Assembly: GCA_951406725.2 (NCBI GenBank) | Contig: OX597814.1 | Coordinates: forward strand, 203,112,001 to 203,176,000 | Direction: 5' to 3' | DNA length: 64,000 nt | Source: Octopus vulgaris | Taxonomy: Eukaryota | Shown here: piece by piece, positions 50,157 to 63,401 of the stretch | Layout of the letters: every line of letters starts with the position of its first letter | Position numbering within the stretch: the stretch's first letter is position 1 | Position numbers and translations under genes: made by a program | Notes under the pieces: generated by a model | Database searches by the model: none | The model's input: the letters and a program-made list of their open reading frames with translations, nothing else | What the model was told of the DNA's origin: nothing

Positions 50157-50987
50157 ACTTGTTTCAATCATTTGACTGCAGCCATGCTGGAGCACTACCT
50201 TGAGGGGTTTTAGTCAAACAAATCATCCTTAGGTCTTATTCTTTGTAAGCACTTACTCTATCAATTTCTTTTGCTGAACTGCTAAGTTACAGGGATGTAA
50301 ACACACCAACACTGGTTGTCGAACAGTGATGGGTGACAAACACACACATAAATATATATACATGTATGTACAATGGGCTTCTTTCAGTTTCCAACTGCCA
50401 AATCCACTCACGTGGCTTTGGGTGGCCCAAGGCTATAGTAGAAGACACTTGTCCAAGGTACCATGCAGTGAGACTGAACTTGGAACCATGTGGTTGGGAA
50501 GCAAGCTTCTTACCACACAGCCGTGCCTGTGTCTGTGACCTTATGATCATGAGCCGAATATCCTAAATATATATAAATATATAACTGGTACTTCATTGGT
50601 AATGAAGTTCTAGTTGATCCAATCAATGAAACAGCCTGCTCATGTAATTAACATGCAAGTGGCTGAGCACTCCACAGACCCATGTACCCTTAACTTAGTT
50701 CTCAGGGAGATTCAGCATGACACAGAATTTGACAAGGTCAGCCCTTTGAAATACAGGAACTATTCATTTTTGCCAGCTGAGTGAACTGGAGCAGTGTGAA
50801 ATAAAGTGTCTTGCTCAAGGACACAACATACCACTGGAATTTGAATAACAGCATACCACTTCATTTCCTGAGTAAGCTGAGGATCTGCCATTATTATTTT
50901 CTAAAACAAAGATTATACAGAGTTAGCAAAAAATGCAGCAATGATCCAAAAATGGTATGACCTCAAATACCTTACACACTCTGTATG

Positions 50988-51022
<35 letters not shown>

Positions 51023-53346
51023 TCTCACATATGCACATACACCATTCAAAGAATTATTGACTTAATCTAAGAAATTTCCTAATCTGCTCATCAATAATTC
51101 ACATCTACAGAAATTAGCAAGAATTGTGGGAACAAAATCTATGATCATACAAAATATAACTCCTGTTTAGTTTTGTTTTTTTTAGGTTGGAGGTGGGTGG
51201 AGCCATTTAGTGAGAATTTATTATTTCACTGTGAAGTTCAACAATAGATTTAAAAATCAGTCCTTTTATCAATTCATATCAATAATTATTTTGAAAGTAA
51301 AGTGAAAAGAAACTAGAATTTTCACAGAAAATTTGATCATGTTTTAAACACATCACAAATATTGCCAAAGTTAACAATCGAAAAAGTTGAAATTCACAAT
51401 CCATCAGTATTTTTGATAAATTATGGAAATAAACTTAGCAGAAAATGTGAAAAGACAATTTCATGTAGGTGTGTGTTCTACATTTATATTTAAAACTAAA
51501 TTCATTGTGAAGGTTTTCTGCTGATATATATATATATAGTTTAGTATATCATAATGAACAATCTTTTAACAAATTCTCAAGTTTAGATATAATCTTATTT
51601 CAAAACATTCATACGTTTGAGATATGGTTTAATTTGGAAAATAAGCAAAGCTCAGCTTGTTTTTTTGTTGGTGGTAGTGTTTATGACTACAATGACTATA
51701 TTATCTGCTTGACAGATAACACAAACTTTATAGAGAGAGATATGGAGATATCAGTGTAACCAAAATTAAATAATTATAACAAGTTCTTTCTCTCTCTTTC
51801 CTCTTCATCATCATCATCATTTTAACATCAGTTTTCCATGCTGGTATGGGTTGGACAGTTTGACAGGAGCTGGCAAGCCAGAGGGCTGCACCAGGCTTCA
51901 GTCACCTGTTTTGGCCTGGTTTCTTCAGCTGGGTGTCCTTCCTAACTCCAACCATTTTTACAGAGTGTACTGAGTGCATTTTTACATGGTGCCAGCATGG
52001 GTGCTTTTTTTATGTGGCACCAGCATGGGGACTTTTTATGTGATGCCAGTCAGAGTCTGCAAATTTTCTGTGTTAATGTAGTTGGGGCAGGCTTGGTAGG
52101 GCTGCCAATGGTCCGACCATGCAACAGGTTGTATTGAGTTACATGTGACCAGTAGCACTAGGAGTGACTTGATTTATGAGGGCTATATACTCAACTAAAA
52201 CCCTTAATGCTGGTGCCCCAGCATGGCAGTGAGCCCAAGACAGAAAGCAATAATACGTAAAGAGAGAAAGAAAAAAGAATTGAAACAGTTTCTCTTTTAT
52301 TCCATGTTTATAAATTGATTTAATATGTTCTTCCATTAAAATACTACATATTTACTGATCTTTATGCTTGACGCCGTTTCAAAAGATTCCTTAATGCTTG
52401 GAACAATGGCCTTTATTTATTTACTGTATTTGGTTGCTTGAAAATAGAAAATGACAATGTATGTCACAATACATATTGAAATTTCAAAAATAACCTCCTT
52501 TTTTCCCCCCCACTGACTTCCATTCTAAACTAAGACATAAATTTTAATGAGAAATGTTGAATCATGGAAGAGTTTTATTTAATATCTAAAAGCATATTCT
52601 TTGTCAAAGGGTTAAGAATAGGGTTTGTTTTGGGGTTTGTGTGTGTGTGTGTGTGTGTGCTAAAATTCTTCAGCGTCCTTTGATTGATAATATATATGTA
52701 TACATCAACTTCTTGGTTCTTTTATGTTGCTTTTCTAATTAAAGATAGCAACCGTGTTTAGAACTCTGCAACCATTCACGTATGTCTGTGTGTCCAACTG
52801 AATCCATTAAGGTCTTTCTGAAGTCAATTGTTTTCTTTCATCCAAATTTAATTATCCTTTTGTTCAAGATCGACATAAATACTAGCGATTATGTCATTAT
52901 ATCGAAATAGCACTTCAAGTTTGCAGTCATATAGGTTTCTCAGCGAACATAAGTTGTTTTTATTTTTATTTCAATTTGTTTTATTTTACTTCTTGTTTCG
53001 CTAACTTTTACAACAAGATTGTTCACAAACAGTTTAAATATATAACACAAAGACACACACATACACACACACACACACACATGCATTCTTAAGATTAATC
53101 TCCAGTGCTATTGTGAATTGATCTCCTACGTTCTTTGGTCAATTGTAATTTATGAAGTACATTTAATTCTATAGTCAGCTGTTAACAGTTTTTTTTTTCT
53201 CTATATTCAAAGATTAACGAATTTATTGGCGAACACAATTCTATATTAAAGTATCTCTGGAGAAAATATAGTTGTAGTTATTTGTTTATTTTACTTTTTC
53301 TTCTCTTTCTCTTATTCACTCTCTCATTTCCATGTGTTTTTTTTAA

Positions 53347-53377
<31 letters not shown>

Positions 53378-56079
53378 TAAGTGAAAACAGTGTCTTTAGC
53401 TTGAATTTCTCAATGGTGGGTGTTAATAGATAGTTGGTCATGCTTCAATGGTCTTTACATTGGATATTCCTTTAGTTTGCTTTTGAATTATATGGTTCTA
53501 GGTTCAATCCTACTGCATAGCATCTCAAGTAGATTTTCTTTAAAAAAATCAAATGGAAATTGTAGTTAAGATACCCGTACCGGTGACACATAAAAAGCGC
53601 CATCTGACTGGTGTCCGTATCGGTGACACATAGAAGCACCAGCCGATTGTGGCCATTTGCCAGCCTGCCCTGGCCACTGTGCCAGTGGCACGTAAAAAAC
53701 ACCCACTACACTCACGGAGTGGTTGGTGTTAGGAAGGGCATCCAGCTGTAGAAACACTGCCAAATCAGACCAGAGCCTGGTGCAGCTTCCATGGCTTACC
53801 AGAACCCAGTCAAACAGTCCTACCCATGCTAGTATGGAAAACAGACGTTAAATGATGATGATGATGATGATGAACCACAGATTATAAATCTATGTTTTGT
53901 GAGTGAAATTTGGTTGACAGAAACTGCAGGCACCTACTATATAAGAATACACACACACACACACATATTTTATATCATCATCGTTGTTTTAACATCCTCC
54001 TGTTTGCATGGCTCAGATGGAACTTGTTGAGGTAAATTTTCTATTATCAGATCCTCTCCCTGACGCCAATCCTCACCAGTTTCCAAGCAAGGTAATATTC
54101 ACCCATAGCCAGGCATGTAAGACTAGTTCATAACCATCATGTGTCAACACATAGATGCACGCAAACACACACACATGCACACAACAGGCTACCAAGTTCA
54201 CTCACAAAACTTTGGTTGGCCCAGGGTTATAAGAGAAGACACTTGCCCAAGGTCCTATACATTGGGATCAGACCCAAAACTATATCGTTAGAGATCAAGC
54301 TTCTTTACCTTAGAACCATGTGTATGTCTATATAGGTGTGTGTGTGTATATATATATATGTGTGTGTGTGTATAAAAATCATTGGTACTGGTGTCACATA
54401 AAAAGCACCCAGTACGCTCTGTATAGCGGCTGAGTTTAAGAAGGGCATCCAGCTGTAGAAACCATGCTAAATCAGATTGCAGTTTGGTGCAGCTTACCAG
54501 TTCTGGTCAACCCATCCAACCTATGCCAGCATGGAAAACAGATGGTGATGTGTGTGTGTGTGTGTGATAACAGTGAAAGATGCACATAGGAATAAGAAAA
54601 CTGGAAAAGCAATACATTGGAGCAAAAACCCCTTGTGGTATTTATTCCACCAGATTTGCACAGACACTCCCTTATCATTCAACCATCAGAAATACTGTGA
54701 ACAAATGATTGGTTTGTTGCATTTATAGCATTGTTGTTGTTTTTATCTGGAAACCAAAAACCAATTATGCCATTGTTCAGTAAATGCTGGATATAAAATT
54801 AAAACAAATAATTATAATAGCCATGTATTAAATCATCTTACATTGAAGTCTAGACATTTATTGCTGATAATTTCCAGTATTCGCTTTTTTTTTCTCGTGT
54901 TTTTAAGTATAATTTTTTTTTTTTCACTACTGTCTGTACGTTAGCGGTTACTGACATCAGCTTAGAAATAAGGTCTTAAAACTGAACTTAACAGCTCTGA
55001 TGTCTTCTTTCACAGCCTGTAATGATCTGTTGGTTATCTTGGTGTCTCAATCAGAGGAATGACAAACCCAAAGCCAGTGACATCCATCTATGCTCTTCAT
55101 GTGAAACTGACTGGTTTATATGAAGATCAAGGGAAGCTACTGACTATCATGAAAAACAACTTGAATCACTCAGTAACCTCCCTTAAGCTCTAATTTCCTC
55201 TTCACATGTCTGACACTTCTATGATAAACTTACTAACATGATTTCACAGATGATTGCAAGCAAAAGACACCTGTGGTATGAATGGTACCTCTTTAATGAA
55301 CAGAAATGTTGAATAAAAGTAGGAAAAATTACTCCAACAACTTCTAGTTATATAATTTTGGTTTGTCATGTCTTTATATAGGATGTAAATAGCAAAATAA
55401 GTTCATATAAGCTAGACCTGAAGATTGGCAATATAATCGTTTTAATATGGTATTGTATTTAGAGACATTCTATTTCAGCAATATTGTGGAATATGTTGTG
55501 AAACACGCGTAGTCTATATAATGTAAAGTATATGATTTAAAATAAGAATTGAAGGTATTAATTTTGATAATTTGGAATAAGAACTGTAGGTATTAATTTT
55601 GATAATTTTAATATTTAGGCCTATATGTACCTATTTTGGATAATGTCATTCAATGATGATTGAGTTGCTTGAGGGTGATTCTGTCTCTTAAATCTATCTA
55701 TTTATATGTATATAATACAGTGAGTAATTCATTTTAGTACCACTAAATTGAACTTCACTCCCCTGTGGACTCAGAAATAACTTCCCTAATATTAATATAT
55801 ATATATATAGATAAAAATTTGAGGATGCAATATCCCCATAAGGGACTATTAAAAACAATCCAGATACCAGCTGGGTTTAACCAAATATATTGATAGAAAG
55901 TTCCTCAATATATATGTATAAACAGTTTCATTGACTTTTCAATATATATATATATATATATATAGAACATAACATTTCAGTGTATTTTCCTTTTAATTTT
56001 TCTCTCCAATTCACCAAGTGGAAAAACATTTTGTTATTGAACCTTTTCAGTATCTGTGTGTGTGCATCTGCATGTATAT

Positions 56080-56385
56080 ATTTCTTTATTACTCACAAGG
56101 GGCTAAACATAGAGGGGACAAATAAGGACAGACAAAGGATCGAGTCAATTACATCAACCCCAGTACACAACTGGTACTTAATTTATTGACCCCAAAAGGA
56201 TGAAAGGTAAAGTTGACCTCGGCGGAATTTGAACTCACAATGTAACGGCAGACGAAATACTGCTAATGTTGCCCTGCTCACTTAGCCAGCAGAGTGGCAT
56301 CATTCAAAAGCTAAAACAATGCAAAGCACATTGTGACCAGCGATGTATAACAACATCCAATAGCCTGGTTGACCATGTGAGATAC
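56080..56385. mobile_element. Family-A SINE (-) abutting a tail-3 SINE fragment (+)
   Basis: Homology to other copies in the window. Confidence 0.75.
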
Positions 56386-57835
56386 ATGTGTGTGTGTATG
56401 TGTGATGGGCTTCTTCCATTTTCTGTCTCCTAAATTTCACTCACAAGGTGTTGGTCAGCCAATAAATATAGAAGACATCAGCTGATGATGTCCACACAGA
56501 AGAAGTGAACTTCTTGACTGCACACCCCAGCCTGCACCTTAATAGAAGCAAAATCCTAGCTATTACTAAAATGTGTTTAATATTGGAGAAGGGTTAAAAA
56601 AACCATACATAGAAAAAACCTGGTTGACAGGCCTTTAATCAGAGTTCTTCCAGATAAAGGTTAGTTGACTTAAGATTAAACGTCAACAAGATGGAAGATC
56701 TAAGTGAGCTTATCTTTCACTTTTAGACTGAAATTATTTTTTAAAAAAAGGAAAAGAAAAATCCTATAGAATTGTTATTTAAATTATTGAGCTAAGAACA
56801 GATTCAGTAAATGATTTTGGTGAATTGTAATCCCAGTTTATCTGATTAGATCTTAAGCAAAATTCCATTTTTAGATTTACTGCTAAATCTAATTCTTTGA
56901 AAAAATCTTGGAGTAGGTTTCTGTCTTTGACAAGATTGCATCAAGACAAATGTTCTTGAATGAATTCTATATTAAGAAATTTGCAAGCTTTGATCTTGCC
57001 CTGATATCATGATAAAAATATACCTAATGTCTCTTACATTTCTTGCAACAAGCTAATGTGGTGTCTCTATGTTGTCTCTTGACTTGCTAGTAATAGCAGC
57101 CAAATCTCCATCAAATCACACTTCACCATCTTAGTAAAGTTGGATAATGTGTATGTGGCTTCACTTCACATGGGAAAAAAGCAGAATGGTCATATCTGAA
57201 ATGTCTTTGAACATAGGTTTGATTTACCTAGGACTAAATAACAGCATCATCATCATCATCATCATTTAGCCTCCATTTTCCATGCTGGCATGGGTTGGAC
57301 AGTTTGACAGAAGCTTGCAAGGCCAGGAACCACACCAAGTGCCACAGTCTGCTTTGGCATGGTTTCTACGGCTGGATGCCTTTCTTAACACCAAACACTT
57401 TACAGACTATACTGGGTGCCTTTTTTACATGACACCAGTGCTTTTTACTTGGCACCAACACCAGACAGTAGCAGCAGTAGTAGTATTCAAACTCCATGAC
57501 ATTTCTGGTCAAACATGACTATGATCAAAGACTGGTGCCAGTTATGTCCATCCAGTTTTTTTAGGGACATCTAGGATGCTAGATTGTGATTTGAAGGCAA
57601 TTTAGCTGATGTTTCTAGCAAGTCAGGCAAACATTTAGAGGCACCCACAATTCACCCTAGCAACACCATATGTTGCTGCCTCTAATTCTGTTTTATTTTG
57701 TGTGCTGTACATGTCTTTCCCTCTTTCATTGCTCTTTTTTTCGTACTTGACTTAATATGTCTGCTTACTGTCTCTTCCTTTAACCTTTTCTGACAAGCCT
57801 TGTAAATAATAAGCTCATTATTATAATTATTTTAT

Positions 57836-58514
57836 AAAGGTGGCAAGCTGGCAGGATTATTAGCATGCCAAACAAAATTCTTAAAGCAATTTGTTCCTAT
57901 TTACATTCTGAGACTTTACCTTTCATCCTTTCGGGGTCGATAAATTAAGTACCAGTGAAACACTGGGGTCGACGTAATCGACTCATCCCCTCCCTCAAAA
58001 GGGCTGCCCTTGTGGCAAAATTTGAAACCATTATTATTATTATTATTATTATTATTTTCATATACACACAACAGATTATACTATTGGGAAAAAAAATCCT
58101 AACATCAATTTACAACAAATAACCTTAGATGCCAAGAACTCTCCTAAGTATCTTAGCTGTCCCAAATAACACCATTTTCTGGAGCTGTACGTAACTGGGT
58201 TTTAAGCCTATTTCCTCTATCCATCTGTTCAGATCTTTAGGGATAGTTCCCTATGCACCTATAACTACTGGGATACAGTTTACCTGCACTTTTCATAGTC
58301 TCTGTAATTCAATAGCTTGGTCTATTATTATTATTATTATTATTATTATTCATCCATCTTTGCATTCTGAGTTCAAATTCCGACTAGGTCAACTTTGCCT
58401 TTCATCCTTTCAGGGTTGATAAAATAATTACATTTTGAACACTGGGGGGTGGGGTCGATGTAATCGACTAACCCGCTCCCCTAAGCTTGCTGGCCTTGTG
58501 CCAAAATTTGAAAC

Positions 58515-58556
<42 letters not shown>

Positions 58557-59729
58557 AAATTTAAATTCTAAATTTTAAATTCCAGGAATGATAAGTTTTG
58601 TTGTTTTAAACTCATGTTTCTCTGGAATAACAGATGGATTCGACAGTTGGTTGTTGCGGTAAATTAGTATTTATCTATTCAGTCCATCCACAAAATTGTC
58701 TGCTAAAATATACTGAAACATTTCTGACCTTTCATATTATCATTTATCGAAGAGGCCCCTTGCTATCTGAGATGTTGGGTGTTCTTGACAAATGACAAAG
58801 GTCACATGATTAAATTATAAAGCATGTTCTTGTAAATGTCTTTTGGGTTTTTTTCCTCCAGTCATAAATGTTTTCCCTCTTGGTTCAATGGTTTATTTAT
58901 CCTGATGTTCACAAATAATCTAACACGATTTCTATAGCTTAAAAATTAAGATTTCATCCAACCCATGCCAGCATGGAGAACAGACATTAAATGGTGATAA
59001 GGGTTTTTCTAATATTGGTTATAAATTTTGGCACAAGGCCAGCAACTTTGGAGGAGGGGTTAAGTCAATTACATCAACAGCAGTGCTCAGCTGGTACTTA
59101 TTTTGTCAACACCAAAATGATGAAAGGCAAAGTCAACCTCGGCAGAATTTGAACTCAAAACAAAGATGGACGAAATGCTTCTCAGCATTTTGCATGGAAT
59201 GCTAATTAATGATTCTGTCAATTTAGCGTCTTAATAATAATAATAATAATAATAATTTCTCTGACATTGACACAAGGCCACACTCATTGTTACTTAATGT
59301 AGCAGACAAGCACTGGGGTAGCTTTATTATAATAATCCTTTCTACTAAAGGCACAAGGTCTGAAATTTGGGGCAGAGGGGCTAGTCGATTACGTCGTCCC
59401 CAGTGTTCCACTGGTACTTAATTTATCGACCGTAAAAGAATGAAAGGCAAAGTCAACCTCAGTGGAATTTGAACTCAGAACGTAACAACAATACTTTATT
59501 TCTTTACTACCCACAAGGGGCTAAACACAGAGGGGGCAAACAAGGACAGATAAACGGATTAAGTCGATTATATCAACCCCAGTGTGTAACGGGTACTTAA
59601 TTTATCGACCGTGAAAGGATGAAAGGCAAAGTTGACTTCGGCGGAATTTGAACTCAGAACGTAGCGGCAGACGAAATACGGCTAAGCATTTCGCCTGGTG
59701 TGCTAACAATTCTGCCAGTTTGCCACCTT
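57836..59729. mobile_element. Cluster of at least 5 family-A SINEs in both orientations, some with (ATT)n tails
   Basis: Copies at ~57836-58055(+), 58350-58555(+), 59020-59230(-), 59330-59490(-) and 59495-59729(-). Confidence 0.8.
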
Positions 59730-60776
59730 TGCTGCTTTCTTATAATAATAACCTCTGTAGAAGAAAAGCAAGTTGATCTTGTTCAAATTAGAACTCAGGA
59801 AGATGCAAGAATGGCTGTGTGGTTAATAAGGTTGCTTTGCAACCATTTGGTTTTGGATTCAATCCCACTGCATAGCATCTTGGGAAAATGTCTTCTATTA
59901 TATTGCCAGTCCAACCAATGTCTGAATGTTTTGTTTTGTTTTTTTCTCTTATATGTGTCTACAGGTCTACAGGCACTAGAGATATCAAATTTTAAAATGT
60001 GGCCAAAGTTGTTGGAATGGTGGGATGGATTTGTTTGTTGGTTTGTTTCCACCAAATCAGCTACTAAGCACCAAAACTTTGGTGTGTTGATTCCTAGAGA
60101 AGCAAGACTTTCAAAATATGGTGACTGATACTAGGTATTTGTCTAATTGCATGTGTCTGGACAGCTTCCAATCAATTCACATTCTGGATAAATCTCATGT
60201 CACAAACATATTTTACTGATGCTCTAATTATTCTCCTAATCCACCATACTATTGATTTTTTTTTTTATATTGACAAAAATTAAGAAATCTGCTGGACAGA
60301 GTGTATTTGGTTGAATCAACCCCAGCATCTAACCATTACTTAATACAAAACAAAAGCCAAATTGGTGCTTGTTGAACATTTTGGTCCAATACTCCTCCAT
60401 GTCCAATTCAGTTAATTGTTTTTCATTATGTTCTGTACAAGAGAATATTTACATCTTGTCCGAAAGTGTCTGATGAACAATCAAGATATATATTGATGAA
60501 TTAAAGAAGTTTGTGGTATGGTGGAGAAAACTCCCATTCATCAGATCCCCAGTTTGCAGATAGGGGAATGGCCTGTAGATATATAGGTTAGCTGTGAATT
60601 CACAATAAGCAGTCCTGGACAAAATCAAGGGTTACCCTTTGGCAAGGCATAGCATCCGTTACCCACCTTGGTCACAGTGAAATCCTGGGGCACTGAAATG
60701 AGTGGAAATGCTTCTATCATTAGAAAGAAGGATGGTAGTAGATAATGGAACGCAAAACATAAAATAAAATATTTTG

Positions 60777-61156
60777 TGTAGTAAAGATTGTTTGCCAACA
60801 TAACATGGTAGTAATGGTTTAGGATGAATGTTGCTGTAATTTAGCCCCTGGAGACATTGTCTCCAGCTGGCTGTACGACACAATCTGTGTCCTTATATTT
60901 TTGAACAAGGGAATCTAGCACCCCACTCAGCTCAAAACAATATCTGTGTATCATGATTTCTGGGTTATTTCCCTTCATCAGCACAGAATAATTGTTTTGA
61001 GCTGAGTGGGGGTGCTAGATTCCCTTGTTCAAAAATATAAGGACACAGATTGTGTCGTACAGCCAGCTGGAGAAGATGTCTCCTGGGGCTAAATTACAGC
61101 AACATTCATCCTAAACCATTACTACCATGTTATGTTGGCAAACAATCTTTACTACA
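60777..61156. mobile_element. Fold-back element: ~165-bp near-identical inverted arms with a hammerhead as the loop
   Basis: Arms 60777-60941 and 60991-61156. Confidence 0.9.
60944..60986 (-). ncRNA. Minimal type I hammerhead ribozyme motif with palindromic stem III
   Basis: Minus strand: CTGTG CTGATGA A-GGG-AAATAA-CCC-A GAAA TCATGA TA CACAG. Stem III ATCATGAT is self-complementary; AUA site. Confidence 0.8.
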
Positions 61157-61892
61157 AAGTACTGTTGCCGAATATCTCTCTTTGTGAGATTTAAAAATAG
61201 TAATTTTCTAAAATATTTTGTCTTTGGATCTCTTCCCACTTTGCAAATCAAATTACACTTTTATGAATCTTGGTCTGGGAAACCCATCAGATTGACTGGC
61301 ACTGCAATCAACTATAGCATCTGTAACAAGAAATTAGCAACCGAAAGACATTTTTCCAAGCAAACTCGACGAGATGATGTTGATGAAAGAAGTTTCATGG
61401 TTAATTTCTTTCTGACTGGTCCAGCAACCATGCAGTGGCTCAATTCAGTCTAATGTTCATAATCTTAGCTTATGACATTTATCTTTTACCTTCTCCTTGT
61501 TTTCAGTAATTAGACTGTTGCCATACTAGGGCAGTGCCTTGAAGAATTTTTAGATGACCAAATCAACCCAAGTACTCATTTTTTTTAAACCTGGCACTTA
61601 TTCTATTGGTCTCTTTTGCTGAACTGTTAAGTTATAGGGATGTAAATACACCAACACCAACTGGCAGGTGGTGGGTAAGGGACAAATACAGACACAAAAA
61701 CACACACACACAGCACATGTATATATATATATATATATATATAACTGTAAGATCCAAGGATCAAGGTACAGGAAGAAAGTGAGCTTTAAGCAATCTGTAG
61801 AAAATATTTTAAAAAACCCACCTTTCAGGAACTATAATGGTTTATGGTTTATTGGTGCAGAAGGTTGTGAATTTTTCCTGTATCGAAGTATG

Positions 61893-61945
<53 letters not shown>

Positions 61946-62005
61946 ACCATGATAGATCATTAGCCACTACACACATTTTTTTCTCTCCTTGTTTTTTCTG
62001 TGTCC

Positions 62006-62041
62006 CTTTCTGTAGAAGAGCGTAGGCTCGAAACGTAAAAG
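62006..62041 (+). ncRNA. Variant minimal hammerhead motif in a ~190-bp element (61942-62133) between (TA)n tracts
   Basis: CTTT CTGTAGA A GAGC-GTAG-GCTC GAAA CG TA AAAG; loopless ACGT stem III; core has T in place of the conserved A6. Confidence 0.6.
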
Positions 62042-62132
62042 ACTTTTTCTATTCCTGAGCGTTATACTAATACATCTGTTTGTTTTGTACACCACCTGTC
62101 TTCGTCTTTTGTTTTTTTCGTAAACTCTCCCA

Positions 62133-62207
<75 letters not shown>

Positions 62208-63172
62208 CACACATACATATATAGATATATACACATACATATATATATATATATAGATATGATGGGCTTCTTTCAATTTCCACCTACCAAATCCACTCTG
62301 AAGGTTTTGATCAGCCTGGGGCCATAGAAGACACCAGCACAATGTGTCACACCATTGGACTGAAACTGGAACCGTGTGGTTGGGGAAGTAGACTTCTTGC
62401 CACATAGTCATGCCGGAACCTATTTAGTTCACAGAAATCAAATTTATGTACATTTCTCTTAGTTTAAAAATAAAATCTATATTTGCAAAAATTTCACCTA
62501 TATGTGTATCTATGTGTGTGTGTGCACTTGTGTGTTTCTGAATGTGTCCATATACATCTGTATTAGGAAAGATTTTAGTTCTGTCAACTTACTCTTCAAG
62601 TTATTTCTACATTTTGTATTGGTAGGAGTGATTTCTTTCTGCTTTTATTTTTTGAATTAGTCTCTCTTATCTCCACCACCACCACCACCCCAACTCCCTT
62701 TCTGTGCAATCTTTAACAATATTATTGCAATTTATATTTTCCATACTGTTCCTATCTTGAAATATTTTAAGCAACACTCTGTTATTTACCCCCCAATGTA
62801 ATTTGCATACATTACTATAACAGATATAGCGACCATTTCACACACGAAAGTGAAACAATAACCACACCTGGATTACTTTACATTTCAGATTTGGTGTGAG
62901 GAAGAAGTCGGGGAGAGGCAGGGAAAAAAATCCCACTTAATGACCTAGGCTTCAGTAAAACAATTGATTTGAATTAACTACAGAACGCACCTAATTTAGA
63001 TTCATAACATTTGAATGGTGAATTAACTTAGACTTGATTTTCTTTGTGTACACTGGAACTGTAGGTACCATATTGGTGATGGCAGTAGGATTATGTGACC
63101 TCAAGGAACTCTGCTTGGTGTCTAAAGACACCCCAATCACACTAACATGAAATCTGTAAAATCCAAATTAAC

Positions 63173-63401
63173 ATCTTTAATGTATTTCGTTTTTGGATTT
63201 GGTTTGCAAGATTCTTTATATGAGTTCGTGTGTTGAAGCATATTCTATTGAGTCAAAACTATTGAAAAGGCTGCAAGACGCAAAGAAAATTTTAGGAAAA
63301 TAAAAATAAGAAAAAAGTGGAAATTTTACCAGTGAGTGTGTTACACAATAAGGCACAAAAAGAAAATGACTTTCCCCAGACACAATAGAATCTTTAATGT
63401 A
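63173..63401. mobile_element. Short retro-insertion with a 12-bp TSD and an internal inversion
   Basis: ATCTTTAATGTA at 63173-63184 and 63390-63401; ATTCTATTG (63242) and CAATAGAAT (63383) form an inverted overlap. Confidence 0.55.

Noticed and set aside
61157-61453. Possible Penelope GIY-YIG remnant (LVWETHQIDW) next to the hairpin element, and the 108-aa ORF
   Set aside because: Only a short motif resemblance among stops; not supportable without a profile search.
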